DNA of 64,000 nt from Candidatus Latescibacterota bacterium. GTDB lineage: Bacteria; Latescibacterota; CBDEFO01. This document shows positions 9,590 to 20,651 of the stretch, one piece after another (the stretch's first letter is position 1; each line of letters opens with the position of its first letter). Location of the stretch: the NCBI GenBank assembly GCA_965237525.1, contig CBDEFO010000007.1, forward strand, positions 384,001 to 448,000, read 5' to 3'. Under the pieces are notes generated by a model. That model did not search any database. It was given only the letters and a program-made list of their open reading frames with translations, and was not told where the DNA came from. A program made the translations under genes and the position numbers.

Positions 9590-10957
9590 TCATATCTCTC
9601 CCACAAATCTTCCGGGACTCAATATTCCCTTGGAGTCAAACTTGGTCTTAATGAGTTTCATAAGGTGCAGGTCTTCTCCCATTTTCCCCCATACGTCTAT
9701 CTTTTCCTTTATCTGTGTAGGAGCCGATTCTACTACTAAACTCCCTCCTGAATCGGAAGTCCTTCTCCTGAGCTCTTCTATGGCCTCAATGACCACATCA
9801 GTTTCTGCGCTTAATTCCGAAAGATAGATGTAGAGTACGCCAGACCCCGCATGGCTAATCGCCGGAATATCTGTGTCGTATCTTTCGGATATATCTTCAG
9901 AGGCCCTTAATATATCGCCCACGTGTGAAGGCAAAACAGACGCCTTGCAGATTATGGGTATTTCTGCTTCTGCTTTCCTCCCGAAATTTCTCACGCTGTC
10001 CCACAGCTTTTCATGTTCACCACCTTCGATGCATTCTATATGGAGCGGATCCTTGGTCTCTATTATCTTTCTGATGTCCGACAATTGTCTTTGCACAGCC
10101 TCTTTTAGCCCTTCAACTGAGGCCACGAGGTTGAACCTCGACTCCGTGCGGAAGTTGTCCTTCTGTATGGATATATCCGCCTGCTCTGACACGCCGGAAG
10201 ATGCTGCGGAATTTAGAAGTTCTATAGCGCTGGGAATTAGTTGTGATGATAGGATTTCGGAGGCGGATTTCAGCGCAGGCTCGATAGATGAAAAGCGGGC
10301 AATAAGCGATCCTTCTGACTCCGGCAAGGGATAGAGCTTGAAGTTCAACTCGACTATAATTCCTAACGTTCCCAGAGAGTTTATATAAAGCTTGTTAAGA
10401 TCGTAGCCAGTTACGTTCTTGACGACCCTGCTCCCTGAATTTACTATGTCTCCATTGGCCCTTACTACTTTTGTCCCTATCACTAAATCCCGTGCTGTTC
10501 CGTACAAAAGCCTCTTGGGCCCGCTCGAATTGGACGCTATGATGCCTCCTATTGTGGCTTTGGAGCAATAAGGAGGGTCTAGGGGTATGCACTGTCCCTT
10601 CTCTTTCAACTGAGCTTGCAAATCATCCATCACGATCCCAGCCTGAACCGATGCGACGAGGTCTGCCACTTCGTGAAATATGATCCTGTTCAGGCGCAAT
10701 GTCGAAAGTACTATGTCTATTCTCTGGGGAGGAGCACCCAGGCGCATCTTTGTTCCGCCGCCTCTCGGGAGGATAGACATGTCCTCACAGGATGCGATTT
10801 TCATAATGTCTGATATTTGTTCTACCATTTCGGGAAAGATGGTTATTTGGGGAGACATACCGTCCACTGCGTAAAGTTCCAATTTGGATGGAGGAGCGAC
10901 GTTGGAAGAGCCGACTATATCCTCCATTTTCCTTGTCAATCGGTCGTGGTCAGGCAT
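9590..10957 (-). CDS. glcE: FAD-binding oxidoreductase, glycolate oxidase GlcE-like subunit
   Basis: PRGGGTK, ATIGG, SGPKRLLYGTARD, VVKNVTGYDL, KFD..ILSPGRF; near glcF. Confidence 0.8.
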   Translation of the reverse strand: MPDHDRLTRKMEDIVGSSNVAPPSKLELYAVDGMSPQITIFPEMVEQISDIMKIASCEDMSILPRGGGTKMRLGAPPQRIDIVLSTLRLNRIIFHEVADLVASVQAGIVMDDLQAQLKEKGQCIPLDPPYCSKATIGGIIASNSSGPKRLLYGTARDLVIGTKVVRANGDIVNSGSRVVKNVTGYDLNKLYINSLGTLGIIVELNFKLYPLPESEGSLIARFSSIEPALKSASEILSSQLIPSAIELLNSAASSGVSEQADISIQKDNFRTESRFNLVASVEGLKEAVQRQLSDIRKIIETKDPLHIECIEGGEHEKLWDSVRNFGRKAEAEIPIICKASVLPSHVGDILRASEDISERYDTDIPAISHAGSGVLYIYLSELSAETDVVIEAIEELRRRTSDSGGSLVVESAPTQIKEKIDVWGKMGEDLHLMKLIKTKFDSKGILSPGRFVGEI

Positions 10958-11022
10958 AGCGCGAAGTTCTATTTTCCATGGTTGTTAGATCGCTCAAGTT
11001 AGAGTTCGTTTCCAGTTTTATC

Positions 11023-12444
11023 CTACTCCACTTCTAACCCTAGTTCTACCCTTAATTTGTTGAAATCAAATTCGAACTGCCGGTCTGGCATCCTGAGCTG
11101 TGTGTTTTCCCAGTCGTTGATGAGATCAGCTACTTTCTCCCTGCCTTTAGGAGTCTTTACTGCTTCCTTCGGAGTCTTGTCTTGTAAGGCAGGGATTCTT
11201 TGATCTGTCCAGTTCATATACTCCTGCTCCAGGAATTCCACTAGCTGTTGCCTGGCATCCTCTGATAGCGTATCCAAGTCGAGAGCGCTTGATTCTCCTG
11301 ATGCTTCTGGCAATGCATCAGGAAGCTCATCGGAATCATATGGATTGTGTGTTGTATCTTTATGCTTAATTAAATCTCCAAGGTTCTTCACCAATCGGTT
11401 TCTCAAGTATTTATCACGAGGTTTGCTGTTGCAGTCAGTAAGTATATGGTCTAAGCCAACCTTAATGTTTCCTTTGGTTACAGTCTGCATCATAGCCTTC
11501 TTCTTATTCTCAATAGTCCACGCAAATTCCGACTCATCTTCCTTGTCACCGTCGTACTCGAAATTTCTCATTGATTTCAGTTTCACTATTATGTCTTCCC
11601 TGTTAGTAGGCTTAAAGGTATATCTAGATGTTGTGAAGACTAACTTGTCCCCATCTGTATTTCTGATTTCTGGAAGAGTAGGGTTAAGAATTTCTTCAAC
11701 ACAATTGTGATAGCGCGCTAGAAAGTCGATGTCATATTCCAGCAGATCAACAGCAGCAAAAGAACGATGTTTTCTAATTCTGTTGATGAATCCTGTTATA
11801 TACTCTCTGAACCTCGATGGTGTCAGCGAATAAGGTCCTGTTGCACTCAAAGTATATTCTCCATCCAAGCCAACTACCTGTCCAAGTATAATGTCCCACT
11901 TCTTGAGAGTCTTGGAACCAGAAACTTCACGGACAAAACGCTCACGCTCCACAGCAAGATCCTTAAGCAGTATCCCTTTCTCTGGCTCAACTGCTTCTAT
12001 CTGCCAAAAGCTTAGAGGTTCTTTTTGTGCACTTTCCAAATACCTCTTTGTGAAGGAATCTACCTTCCATCCTATCCTCTTGAGAAACTGGGCTACGGTC
12101 GTGTGTTCGCACGGAAATTGAAGATCAGGATTATATCGTGCCTCATCACCAGGATACCAGTGGTACATAAACCAAGGAGTGAACAACTGAAGGTAGGGGC
12201 TGTTAGAAATATCCTCTTTTGGTTCCATTTCCGTTATCCAGAAGTCGTCCCAGGCTTCAAAGATAGCTTCTTCACCATAAATCTTTTTGGCGTAGCCAAG
12301 AAGGAGGTCTGGAACTTGGTCAGCAGTCTTTCGGAGAAGATGATGGGTGAGGACTATAGTTGATGTCTTTTCCTTGAGCATACAGCATTTCTTGTATTTC
12401 TTTCCGCTGCCGCAGGGACAGGGATCGTTGCGGCGGGGGGGCAT
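11023..12444 (-). CDS. SEC-C metal-binding motif protein with C-terminal W...IPAL..KTPKEA domain
   Basis: N-terminal RNDPCPCGSGKKYKKCC; C-terminal motif resembles the MbcA/ParS-like C-terminal domain. Confidence 0.8.
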   Translation of the reverse strand: MPPRRNDPCPCGSGKKYKKCCMLKEKTSTIVLTHHLLRKTADQVPDLLLGYAKKIYGEEAIFEAWDDFWITEMEPKEDISNSPYLQLFTPWFMYHWYPGDEARYNPDLQFPCEHTTVAQFLKRIGWKVDSFTKRYLESAQKEPLSFWQIEAVEPEKGILLKDLAVERERFVREVSGSKTLKKWDIILGQVVGLDGEYTLSATGPYSLTPSRFREYITGFINRIRKHRSFAAVDLLEYDIDFLARYHNCVEEILNPTLPEIRNTDGDKLVFTTSRYTFKPTNREDIIVKLKSMRNFEYDGDKEDESEFAWTIENKKKAMMQTVTKGNIKVGLDHILTDCNSKPRDKYLRNRLVKNLGDLIKHKDTTHNPYDSDELPDALPEASGESSALDLDTLSEDARQQLVEFLEQEYMNWTDQRIPALQDKTPKEAVKTPKGREKVADLINDWENTQLRMPDRQFEFDFNKLRVELGLEVE

Positions 12445-12462
12445 GGCGGGTCTCCTGAAAGG

Positions 12463-13776
12463 TCAAGTGTTACTATTGCTGTAGGCTCTATCCAGAAGCT
12501 CTACCGGATGAACGACCTCTACGTCCAGATTAGCGCTCTTAAGACCGTACTTAATCTGAATCATGCAGCCTGGGTTTCCGGTGGCCACTGTCTCGGCTCC
12601 CGATGCGGCTATGTTAGCTATTTTTCTTTCCAAAATCTCCATCGAGACATCTGCATTTGAGATATTGTAGATGCCTGCGCTGCCGCAGCACCAATCGGCT
12701 TCCTTGAGTCTGACCAACTCAAGACCGGGAATTGACTTCAAAAGCTCCTTGGGCTGATCTGATACCCTCTGTCCGTGAAGCAGGTGGCACGGCTCGTCAT
12801 AGGCTACTCTGGATTTGATCTCTCCTTCGGGCGGCCGGAAGGATATTTCGCACAGAAACTCCGATATGTCCTTTACCTGACGACTAAACTCTTCAGCTCT
12901 CTCAGCATAAACATGATCGTTCTTCAGAAGTTCGCCGTACTCTTTCATAGTCGCTCCACAGCCTGCGGCGTTGACTACAATCGCTTCCAGGTCCAATTTT
13001 TCAAAGACATCGATATTATGCGTTGCTAACTGTTTGGCTTTCTCTCTTTCGCCGTTGTGAGCGTGCAGAGCGCCGCAGCAGGTCTGATCTTTTGGAGTTA
13101 GCACCTCGCATCCGTTTTCGGCAAGGACCCTTACACAGGCTCTGTTTACTTCGCCAAATACGATGCCCATCATGCATCCTGATAGGAAGCCCACTCTACA
13201 TTTCTTTTCACTTACGGCTCCTGTGATCTCTTCTAATGGACGTTGCATCCTGAGTGTTGAGACATCTGGAGTTAGGCTCTCAAGCACCTCCAGATTCCCT
13301 GGGAGTATCCTCAGCAGTCCTGAAGTCCTCACTAAAGCCTGCATTCCCGAAATCTTATACAATCTCAACGCGAATCCCAAAAGGGACATCATCTTTTTTG
13401 AGGGAAGCAGTTTGTGAAATCCTATATATCTTACTGTGCGGCTTATCAGACCTCTTTGTCTCCTCTGCTCAAGCTGATCCCTCGCACTTTCCATAACTCT
13501 TCCAAAGTGCACACCTGAGGGACAGGCTGTCTCGCACGCTCTGCATTCCAGACACAGATAGATATGTTCGTCTAGTCTTTCGGTAATGGGGAGTTTGTCC
13601 TCGGCCATGCCTTTTATCAGATATAACCTCCCTCTCGGAGAGTCCATCTCATTTCCCAGGATTCTATACGTGGGGCAGTCGGAAAGGCACAGCCCGCAGT
13701 GAACGCACTCTAATATATCGTCGTAGGACAGCTCGCCCCTTGTGTCGAATTTGTACTCTGTTGATTTATCTCGCAT
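12463..13776 (-). CDS. glcF: Glycolate oxidase iron-sulfur subunit (two 4Fe-4S sites + CCG domains)
   Basis: CVHCGLCLSDCPTY, DSPRGR, CLECRACETACPSGV, CCGA, CCGSAGIYN, NPGC. Confidence 0.9.
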   Translation of the reverse strand: MRDKSTEYKFDTRGELSYDDILECVHCGLCLSDCPTYRILGNEMDSPRGRLYLIKGMAEDKLPITERLDEHIYLCLECRACETACPSGVHFGRVMESARDQLEQRRQRGLISRTVRYIGFHKLLPSKKMMSLLGFALRLYKISGMQALVRTSGLLRILPGNLEVLESLTPDVSTLRMQRPLEEITGAVSEKKCRVGFLSGCMMGIVFGEVNRACVRVLAENGCEVLTPKDQTCCGALHAHNGEREKAKQLATHNIDVFEKLDLEAIVVNAAGCGATMKEYGELLKNDHVYAERAEEFSRQVKDISEFLCEISFRPPEGEIKSRVAYDEPCHLLHGQRVSDQPKELLKSIPGLELVRLKEADWCCGSAGIYNISNADVSMEILERKIANIAASGAETVATGNPGCMIQIKYGLKSANLDVEVVHPVELLDRAYSNSNT

Positions 13777-13800
13777 AAGTTTTTGTGATTTCCCTCGAAT

Positions 13801-13825
13801 GTGGGGTGAGGTAACCTCGCCCTAC
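13801..13825. repeat. GTAG-type REP-like palindrome
   Basis: Reverse complement gtagggcgaggttacctcaccccac; related hairpin at 27043-27066. Confidence 0.6.
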
Positions 13826-13904
13826 CTCCTTGCAATTAAGTATGGGGTCAAAATAATCTGGACAAGATTATAGAGTTCCAAAATAGTAATAACTATTCAG
13901 AGAG

Positions 13905-14078
13905 AGGCAATCTATGTGAGATTGCTTCCCCCCGATAGATTCAATCGGGGGTTGCTCGCAATGACACTGGGATTTGGTCGTCATGACATTGCTTGGCTTC
14001 GTCCTTTGGTCATTGCTAGGGGCAAGGCCCCGAGTTCCGATCCCCAATTGATGCTGTTGGGGATTCAATCGGGGACTC
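13905..14078. repeat. Cluster of palindromic repeats: gagattgcttc...ctcgcaatgac element with a 19-bp hairpin at 13931-13949, plus nested hairpins at 14036-14073
   Basis: Direct reading of the sequence. Confidence 0.75.
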
Positions 14079-14288
14079 AAGAGAGGTCCTTGTCTACTTA
14101 TATCCGATAAGTTTTGTCAAGCTATATAATATATCACATCCTGTCTTGTAATCCAAGAGTTTTATGGATTCCAAGTAAAATGGCCCAGTCAATTTTGACT
14201 GAGCCATTAAAGCCGGTGTCATGTGCGAATACTCACATGCTACAGGAGAGTGTATGCAAACGCTCAACTGGCCGCTTCCACGAGGTCT

Positions 14289-16189
14289 TCAGTCTCCTTT
14301 GCTCTGGGCTGCGGAGTAGGACCTGTAAGCGATCAGCCCTTCTATAACGAGCCATATGGCTAAGGCTAATATTACTGATCCTAAGGCAGTTGGAATCCAC
14401 TGTTCAGCTCTGCCTGTCTTGATTATGTTCAGGGCCATCGCATATACTGTCACGATCAGCATAAAGACCATTGGCAGGACAGTGGAAAGTTGGGGTTTCC
14501 TGGATTTGAAAAGATAGACGCTTACCGTAAGGAGACCTAAGCCCGCAAGTAGCTGATTCGTTGTCCCAAAGAGCAGTAGAAGCACTATCCCCGCAGGCTG
14601 CCAGACGGTCTGTCCTGCTGCGCTTACCGTCGGAATCTTTAAAAGGCCGAAGAAACCTATGACTATGACGGCCAGAAAAGTGGCCACGTAGCGATTAGTT
14701 ATCGGGGCTATTTTCACGCTTTCGCCTATGGATTCGATATTGTAGCGCAAAAGACGAGTCGCAGAATCTAATGTTGTCATCGCAAATGCGACTACCATCA
14801 CCGAGATAAAGACGCCGGCAACTTCAACGCTTACACCGAGTTGTGAGACAAAGACCGCCGCGCCCTCGATGAAGGCATTGAGCTTCACTCCGATGCCTCC
14901 CTCGTTTATTGCCTTCCATGTTCCGTAGACATCCGTGAAGAGCTTGCCTCGTGCGCTGAATGTCGCTGCACATGCCATGATGACCAGAGTCGCCAGAAGT
15001 CCCTCAGCCAGCATAGCTCCGTAGCTGACAGCACGGGCGTCTCTTTCGTTCTGGAGCTGGCGGGCTGTTGTGCCCGATGCGACCAGGTTGTGGAACCCGG
15101 AGATGGCTCCGCAGGCCACTGTGATGAAGAGGAAGGGGAACCATGGCACAGCGGATTCATCAGAGGCTGCGTTGGGATTTATGGCGGGAGCCTCGATCTG
15201 TGGATTCATGATTACCAGACCCACGATAACTGCCGCCATGCCTAAATAGAGCTTATAGGAATTGAGGTAATCCCGCGGCTGAAGGAGCAGCCAGACGGGC
15301 AAAACTGAGGCCACAAAGGCGTAGGCCCAGAAGAACTACTATCCAGAAGGTGCGGGTGTCGGCAGCAGCGGCGTTCACGTCGACTGCAAAGGAGTCCTGT
15401 CCCTTCTGCTTGAAGTAGGCTGCAGCCTGACCCGGAAGGTTGGCGTTTCCCACTCCCATCTTGGCCGCTTTTAGTTTTGTATCTGCCAATTCGCCCGATG
15501 CAACAGCGGCATCCAGAGCGGTTCTAGCCTCAGGCTCCAGAAACCACTTATAGACAGGGATGGGATTATATACGCCGACGCCGATGAAGATGAACATAAG
15601 GGCCAAGCCCACTAGGGTCGCCGGTCCCCAAGCTGGTACGGTATTTATAGACCGCAGTGCCTATAAGAGAAGCGATAATCATCAACGAAAAGACGGGGAT
15701 AATGGCTTCAGGGTGGAGAAACGTGAATATGACAGCGATTACGAAGACAAAGAGTCCCATTGCCAAGGTGAGCAAAAAGAAGATGATCCATAAGAATAGC
15801 ATGCGGGCTCTTTCGCCTATTATCTCCCGTGTCAGATCGCCTATGGATCTGCCCTGGTGTCTGAGGGAGATGGCTAAAGCAGCAAAGTCGTGCACACCTC
15901 CCAGAAAGATAGTGCCCAAGACCACCCACAAAAGGGCCGGCAACCATCCCCAATAGACGGCCACTGCAGGACCGATGATTGGGCCAAGTCCGGCGATGGA
16001 TGCAAAGTGGTGACCGAAGAGGACGACGCGCTTTGTAGGGACGAAGTCCACTCCGTCGTTCAGTTCATTTGCGGGGGTCTTATCGCTGTCACCCAGGCCT
16101 AATATCTTGTCCCGTAGAAATGTCCCGTAGAATCTATAGGCCAACAGAAAAGCGCCTATAGATAGTACAACCGCAAATAAGGAGTTCAT
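14289..16189 (-). pseudogene. cstA: Carbon starvation protein A (peptide/pyruvate transporter), two frameshifts (about 15630 and 15325)
   Basis: DGVDFVPT..VLFGHHFASIAGLGPIIGP, SVLPVWLLLQPRDY, ACGAISGFH, TTLDSATRL across three frames; frameshifts may be sequencing errors. Confidence 0.85.
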
Positions 16190-16222
16190 ATTGATCTCTC
16201 AATTATTCAGTTGAACTTCGGT

Positions 16223-16813
16223 CTATGACAATACGCCCCTGATCTCATAAGACACTCTCTTAAACTCCTCATCAGACAGAACGGGTAAAGCGCCTTCCGT
16301 TGAAAGTTCCATCTCCAGATCTATCCACGATTTGCAGCCTCCGTATTCCTCAAGGTCCGGTATCTCGTAAGGTTGAGGAAGCCGAAAGACCCTCAGGAGC
16401 AAGAGCTGAAGATGGACATCTTTTCTCCAGTGGAATCTCTCTTCCATGTACTCGTCTGACCAGATGTGGTAGTCGGAAAGGGCGCAGACTGTGTCCAAAT
16501 TAAGGACATCTACCACATCTTGAACCACGGCGTAACTACTTATAGTCACGCTGCCACCTACAGCACTTTTAATTGTCTTTTCCAGATCGGGAACAAATAG
16601 GGGCTTGATCAGGCCTTGGTCTTGATGCTCATACGTAGGGTAGAGGAAAAACTCCCAGTTTTCCAGGGTAAATTCGTCCCTATCCTCTGCGATGCCGCCT
16701 TTCCTGAGCAGTATAGATTGACGGCCTTGGTGCATCGCTTTCACAGCCGTAGCCCATTCCTTTAGGACTTTTCTATTCTTAGGCTTCAGTTTATCCACTA
16801 ATGGTACCTCCAA
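16223..16813 (-). CDS. DUF1802 family protein
   Basis: LKEWA, ILLRKGGI.E, FFLYPTYEHQ, YGGCKSWI. Confidence 0.9.
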   Translation of the reverse strand: MEVPLVDKLKPKNRKVLKEWATAVKAMHQGRQSILLRKGGIAEDRDEFTLENWEFFLYPTYEHQDQGLIKPLFVPDLEKTIKSAVGGSVTISSYAVVQDVVDVLNLDTVCALSDYHIWSDEYMEERFHWRKDVHLQLLLLRVFRLPQPYEIPDLEEYGGCKSWIDLEMELSTEGALPVLSDEEFKRVSYEIRGVLS

Positions 16814-16844
16814 TATATGAATGGAGCATAACCCAGTTTTTAAA

Positions 16845-17387
16845 TTACTCGCTGTAGCGCCATTCGGTGTCGCTTACTCCCGCTCTTTTGTTGGCTAATC
16901 TAGATAGGACGAATAGTAGATCAGAGAGCCTGTTGAGGTAAATTATTGTATTTGCGTCCACATCCTCGTCTTTGGATAGGGCTACGGCTCTCCTTTCGGC
17001 TCTGCGGCATATCCCTCTGGAAATATGCAGAAACGCCGCGGCAGATGATCCGCCGGGAAGGATAAAGTTACTCAAAGGATCGAGCTCTCCTTCGCACTTA
17101 TCTATGATATTCTCTATCTGGTTTACTCTTTGGGAGGAAATTGATGGCGCCTTTTCCTTCGAGACAGCCGATGCTAATTGAGCGCCCAGGATATGGAGGT
17201 CATTCTGAATCCCTTCCAAAATGGGGTCTATCTCCTTATCTTGGTTGAACGACCTTACTACGCCTAGAGACGAATTAAGTTCATCCACAGTTCCGTAAGC
17301 CTCGACTCTGAGCGAACTTTTTAAGATTCTTCCGCCTCGAAGCAGGCCTGTGTATCCGTCATCCCCCGATTTAGTGTATATTTTCAT
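16845..17387 (-). CDS. ATP:cob(I)alamin adenosyltransferase, PduO type
   Basis: MKIYTKSGDDG, AYGTVDELNS, FILPGG, CRRAER, YLNRLSD. Confidence 0.95.
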   Translation of the reverse strand: MKIYTKSGDDGYTGLLRGGRILKSSLRVEAYGTVDELNSSLGVVRSFNQDKEIDPILEGIQNDLHILGAQLASAVSKEKAPSISSQRVNQIENIIDKCEGELDPLSNFILPGGSSAAAFLHISRGICRRAERRAVALSKDEDVDANTIIYLNRLSDLLFVLSRLANKRAGVSDTEWRYSE

Positions 17388-17482
17388 AATGTGCGATCTG
17401 TTTGCAGATAACAAGTCGACAGATCGAGTATTTCAGGATTTAAGACAGTAGATGATCCGAAGAATGACTTCTCAAAACTGTC

Positions 17483-17501
17483 CCCAATAGAATCAATTGG
17501 G
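17483..17501. repeat. 19-bp hairpin element (A-T stem variant)
   Basis: cccaatagaatcaattggg in ctgtc^gatcaa. Confidence 0.9.
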
Positions 17502-17655
17502 GATCAACATCCCATCTATATCATCGGGATGCCACCAAGGGATACCTTTCTTCCACTTTTTCTGTGCATCAAAAAGCTGGGACGGACAGACTTCACATAG
17601 AATGGGAACTACTTCTGGAAAGGTGTTCTCACAAGTATCAGCACTAACACCAGTC

Positions 17656-17674
17656 CCCGATAGGTTCAATCGGG
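17656..17674. repeat. 19-bp hairpin element
   Basis: cccgataggttcaatcggg in cagtc^ggctc. Confidence 0.9.
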
Positions 17675-17799
17675 GGCTCCTGCCACCGAAAGAGAGACAT
17701 TATGGCGCAAATAGATTAATGACAGCAACAGCTCCTGATATGGCGCACGCCGTCGCTTGCGTCCTCCACCTGTGGCACGTTTGCGATTAGGTTGCAACG

Positions 17800-17975
17800 C
17801 AAAAGACTGTGGCAAAGCAAAAGACTGCTAACGACGTTCCACTAACACAGGCAACACTGATGCCAAAAGCTCAGATAAAGCCTCGAAACCTTATCAAGGT
17901 TAGGAAGATTTATCAGGGTAAGTTCCTTACGTAAGCTATTAAAAAAGACGAACCGATTACCTTCTGGAACATTTC
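17800..17975 (+). pseudogene. Possible SAF-domain remnant (NeuB-type C-terminus)
   Basis: GKFLT*AIKKDEPITFWNI resembles the end of the SAF domain; heavily decayed. Confidence 0.3.
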
Positions 17976-18047
17976 AACAAAAGATTCTACGCAAGAAACT
18001 TGCCAAAGTCCAGTATTATTTCTTGGACTTTCTAATGAGGCCTACTT

Positions 18048-18896
18048 TTAGAACGGACGATCTCCATTGATCGTCACTCTGTGCATGCAACGTCGATATC
18101 CGTGGTAGTCGTTGATCGCATAATGCTGCGTACAGCGATTGTCCCAAAAGGCGATCGCATTTTGCGTCCAACGGTAGCGGCAGGTGAATTCCGGTTTGGC
18201 GGTATGCTGGTAGAGAAACTCCAGCAACGGCTGGCTTTCCTGCCGGGTCATGCCCTTAATACGCGATGTGAAAAAGGGGTTGACATAGAGTAACTTCCGG
18301 TCCGTCTCCGGGTGGGTTCGCAGGACGGGGTGCTCGACCGAGGGCAGCTCTTCCCGGGCTGCTTCCACGTCGGTTTCGCTGACCTTGGTCCTTCCGTGGC
18401 GTGCCGACTCCTTGAAGACTTTAGTGTAGTCATGTATAGCCCACAGCCCGTCGAGCAGATTTTTCATCCCTTCCGAGAGAGCTTCATACACAAGGTACAT
18501 GTTGGCAAAGAGAGTATCGCCACCATAGGGGGCTATGATCTGAGCATGCAATATCGAGCCAAGCGGTGGTTTTTCAAGAAAAGACATGTCCGAATGCCAA
18601 CCGTTGCCAACGTTGGTCATCTTATCTTCCTGCTTATCGATGACGATGATTTCCGGATGTTCTTCCAGATTGGGCAGGAACGGGTGTACGCTCAGTTCAC
18701 CGAACCTGTGTCCGAATACCTTGAGCGCGTCCGGTGTGATTTTCTGACCCGGGAAGAATACAACCAGATGCTCCAGATGCGCCCTGTGGATTTCGTCAAA
18801 GGTTTCGTTGTTGAGCGGCTTTGACAGATCAACACCAGTGATCTCTGCCCCCAGCGCGCTAGTGATTGGATTGACGTTGATATGCTTATATTTCAT
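18048..18896 (-). CDS. TauD/TfdA family alpha-ketoglutarate-dependent dioxygenase
   Basis: LGAEITGVDL, WHSDMSF, GGDTLFANM, HPVLRTHPET, WDNRCTQH; RBS and ATG at 18896. Confidence 0.92.
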   Translation of the reverse strand: MKYKHINVNPITSALGAEITGVDLSKPLNNETFDEIHRAHLEHLVVFFPGQKITPDALKVFGHRFGELSVHPFLPNLEEHPEIIVIDKQEDKMTNVGNGWHSDMSFLEKPPLGSILHAQIIAPYGGDTLFANMYLVYEALSEGMKNLLDGLWAIHDYTKVFKESARHGRTKVSETDVEAAREELPSVEHPVLRTHPETDRKLLYVNPFFTSRIKGMTRQESQPLLEFLYQHTAKPEFTCRYRWTQNAIAFWDNRCTQHYAINDYHGYRRCMHRVTINGDRPF

Positions 18897-18959
18897 CCCC
18901 TCATTTTCACCTCCTTGTTCGACTGATTGAAAGTTCCTGATAACGGGTGTCCAGGGATG

Positions 18960-19384
18960 GCTCCGTCTTTGGATAGGGCTACGGCTCTCCTTTCGGCTCT
19001 GCGGCATATCCCTCTGGAAAGATGAAGAAACGCCGCGGCAGATGATCCGCCGGGGAGGATAAAGTTCCTCAAGGGATCGAGCTCTCCTTCGCACTTGTCT
19101 ATGATATTCTCTATCTGGTCTACTCTTTTCAATGAGATTGATGGAATGTCGTCCTGCAGGACAGCCGACGCCAGTTGAGCGCCCAGGATATGGAGGTCGT
19201 TCTGGATCTCTTCCAATATAGAATCTATATCTTTGTCCTTGTTAAACGATCTTACTATACCTATGGAGGCGTTGAGTTCATCCACAGTTCCGTAAGCCTC
19301 GACTCTCTGTGAACTTTTTGAGATTCTTCCGCCTCGAAGCAGGCCTGTGTGCCCGTCATCCCCCGATTTCGTGTATATTTTCAT
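18960..19384 (-). pseudogene. Second PduO copy, 3'-truncated
   Basis: Colinear with 16968-17430 but diverges after AVALSKD and lacks YLNRLSD. Confidence 0.85.
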
Positions 19385-19509
19385 ATTGTAATATCTGTTT
19401 GCAGATAACAAGTCAACAGATCGAGTATTCAGATCTGTGATTCAAAACAATCTACTCAAATTTAACCTTATCCACTTTTGAAGTCACGGATGCCGGTTGA
19501 AAGGGGACT

Positions 19510-19917
19510 TTATTTTTCACGAAGTTCGATCAACACTCCGTCTGATGATTCGGGATGTATGAAGGCGACCTTCTTCCCTTCTGACCCTTCTCTTGGAGCA
19601 GGTTCTATAAAGTTCATTCCCTCGCGTCTGCAAGATTCGATAGATTCGTCTATATCTTCTACGGAGAAGCAGATGTGATGAACGCCACCTTTTTTATCTC
19701 TCAGAAATTTGGAGATGGGCCCCTCTCCAGACAGAGGTTCTAGAAGCTCTATCCGGCACCCTTTGCAGTCTATAAAGGAGACCTTTACGTTTTCGCTCTC
19801 GATTGTTTCCTGACCAGCTATCTCAAATCCCAACGACTTAGAGTAAACTCTTAAAGCCATATCAATGTCCTGGACTGCTATGGCTATGTGATCTATGCTG
19901 TTAGCGTCGAACTTCAC
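19510..19917 (-). CDS. mce: Methylmalonyl-CoA epimerase (VOC family)
   Basis: IDHIAIAV, IELLEP, GVHHICF, FIHP..DGVLIEL; start codon uncertain. Confidence 0.88.
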   Translation of the reverse strand: MKFDANSIDHIAIAVQDIDMALRVYSKSLGFEIAGQETIESENVKVSFIDCKGCRIELLEPLSGEGPISKFLRDKKGGVHHICFSVEDIDESIESCRREGMNFIEPAPREGSEGKKVAFIHPESSDGVLIELREK

Positions 19918-20127
19918 TTTGCAAATATCATCCTTTCCATCTAACCCAATAGTTGCAGTTCCCTCCAACAAGGTTGTACAACAATATATCAAAGATTTGC
20001 GGCTCTGTCAACAGAAAACCATAGGATGACCTTTCAAAACTTCTTGACAAAGGTACTATATATGCCTTTATTATTTAGGGAAAGATGGGACAATGCTAAG
20101 TACAGTGTAGTTGCTATAATCTTTAGG

Positions 20128-20526
20128 ATGAATAGAATGCTTGAGGTCGGATTGAAAGGTGAAATGAGGATGACAGTTTCACCTGAGCATTCGGCGAAAC
20201 TTGTGCATCCTAAAAGGCCGGATGTTTTGGGCACGATGCCGCTCATAGGCTTAATTGAAAGGACGGCGGCAAAGGTGGTGGACGCTTACTTGGAGCCAGG
20301 TTTGATCACTGTCGGAACGGCCGTGAACGTCACACATAGTGCTCCCGTACCGATGTGGATGGAAGTGGCGTGTCGTGTGAGGATAGTTGAAATTGATGGT
20401 CGGAAGATAGTCTTCGATGTGGAGATTTTGGATGAGGAGGGGATTATGTCGTATCCGTCTCTCTTAAAGTTGTTTTCGGTCGATAGAGAAGGATTTGGGG
20501 AGTGTGGTAGATATGATGGAATTTAA
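20128..20526 (+). pseudogene. FlK-like hotdog thioesterase with aberrant C-terminus
   Basis: VLGT..LI..IE.TA, TVGTAVNVTHSAP; the expected terminal G.H.R strand is missing after DEEGI. Confidence 0.6.
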
Positions 20527-20651
20527 GAGGAGCAAGAAGACGGATATATTGGTCGGAGGGTTCGTGATCGTAGCTATCGGCCTTTTGGTCTTTACGATAG
20601 TGCTCAAACAGGGGTTGACATTAGGGCATTATCCGCTCTTTGTGGAGTTTA

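Noticed and set aside
18897..19094. N-terminal extension of TauD in the ORF track
   Set aside because: Alternative frame of the truncated PduO copy; the RBS supports a start at 18896.
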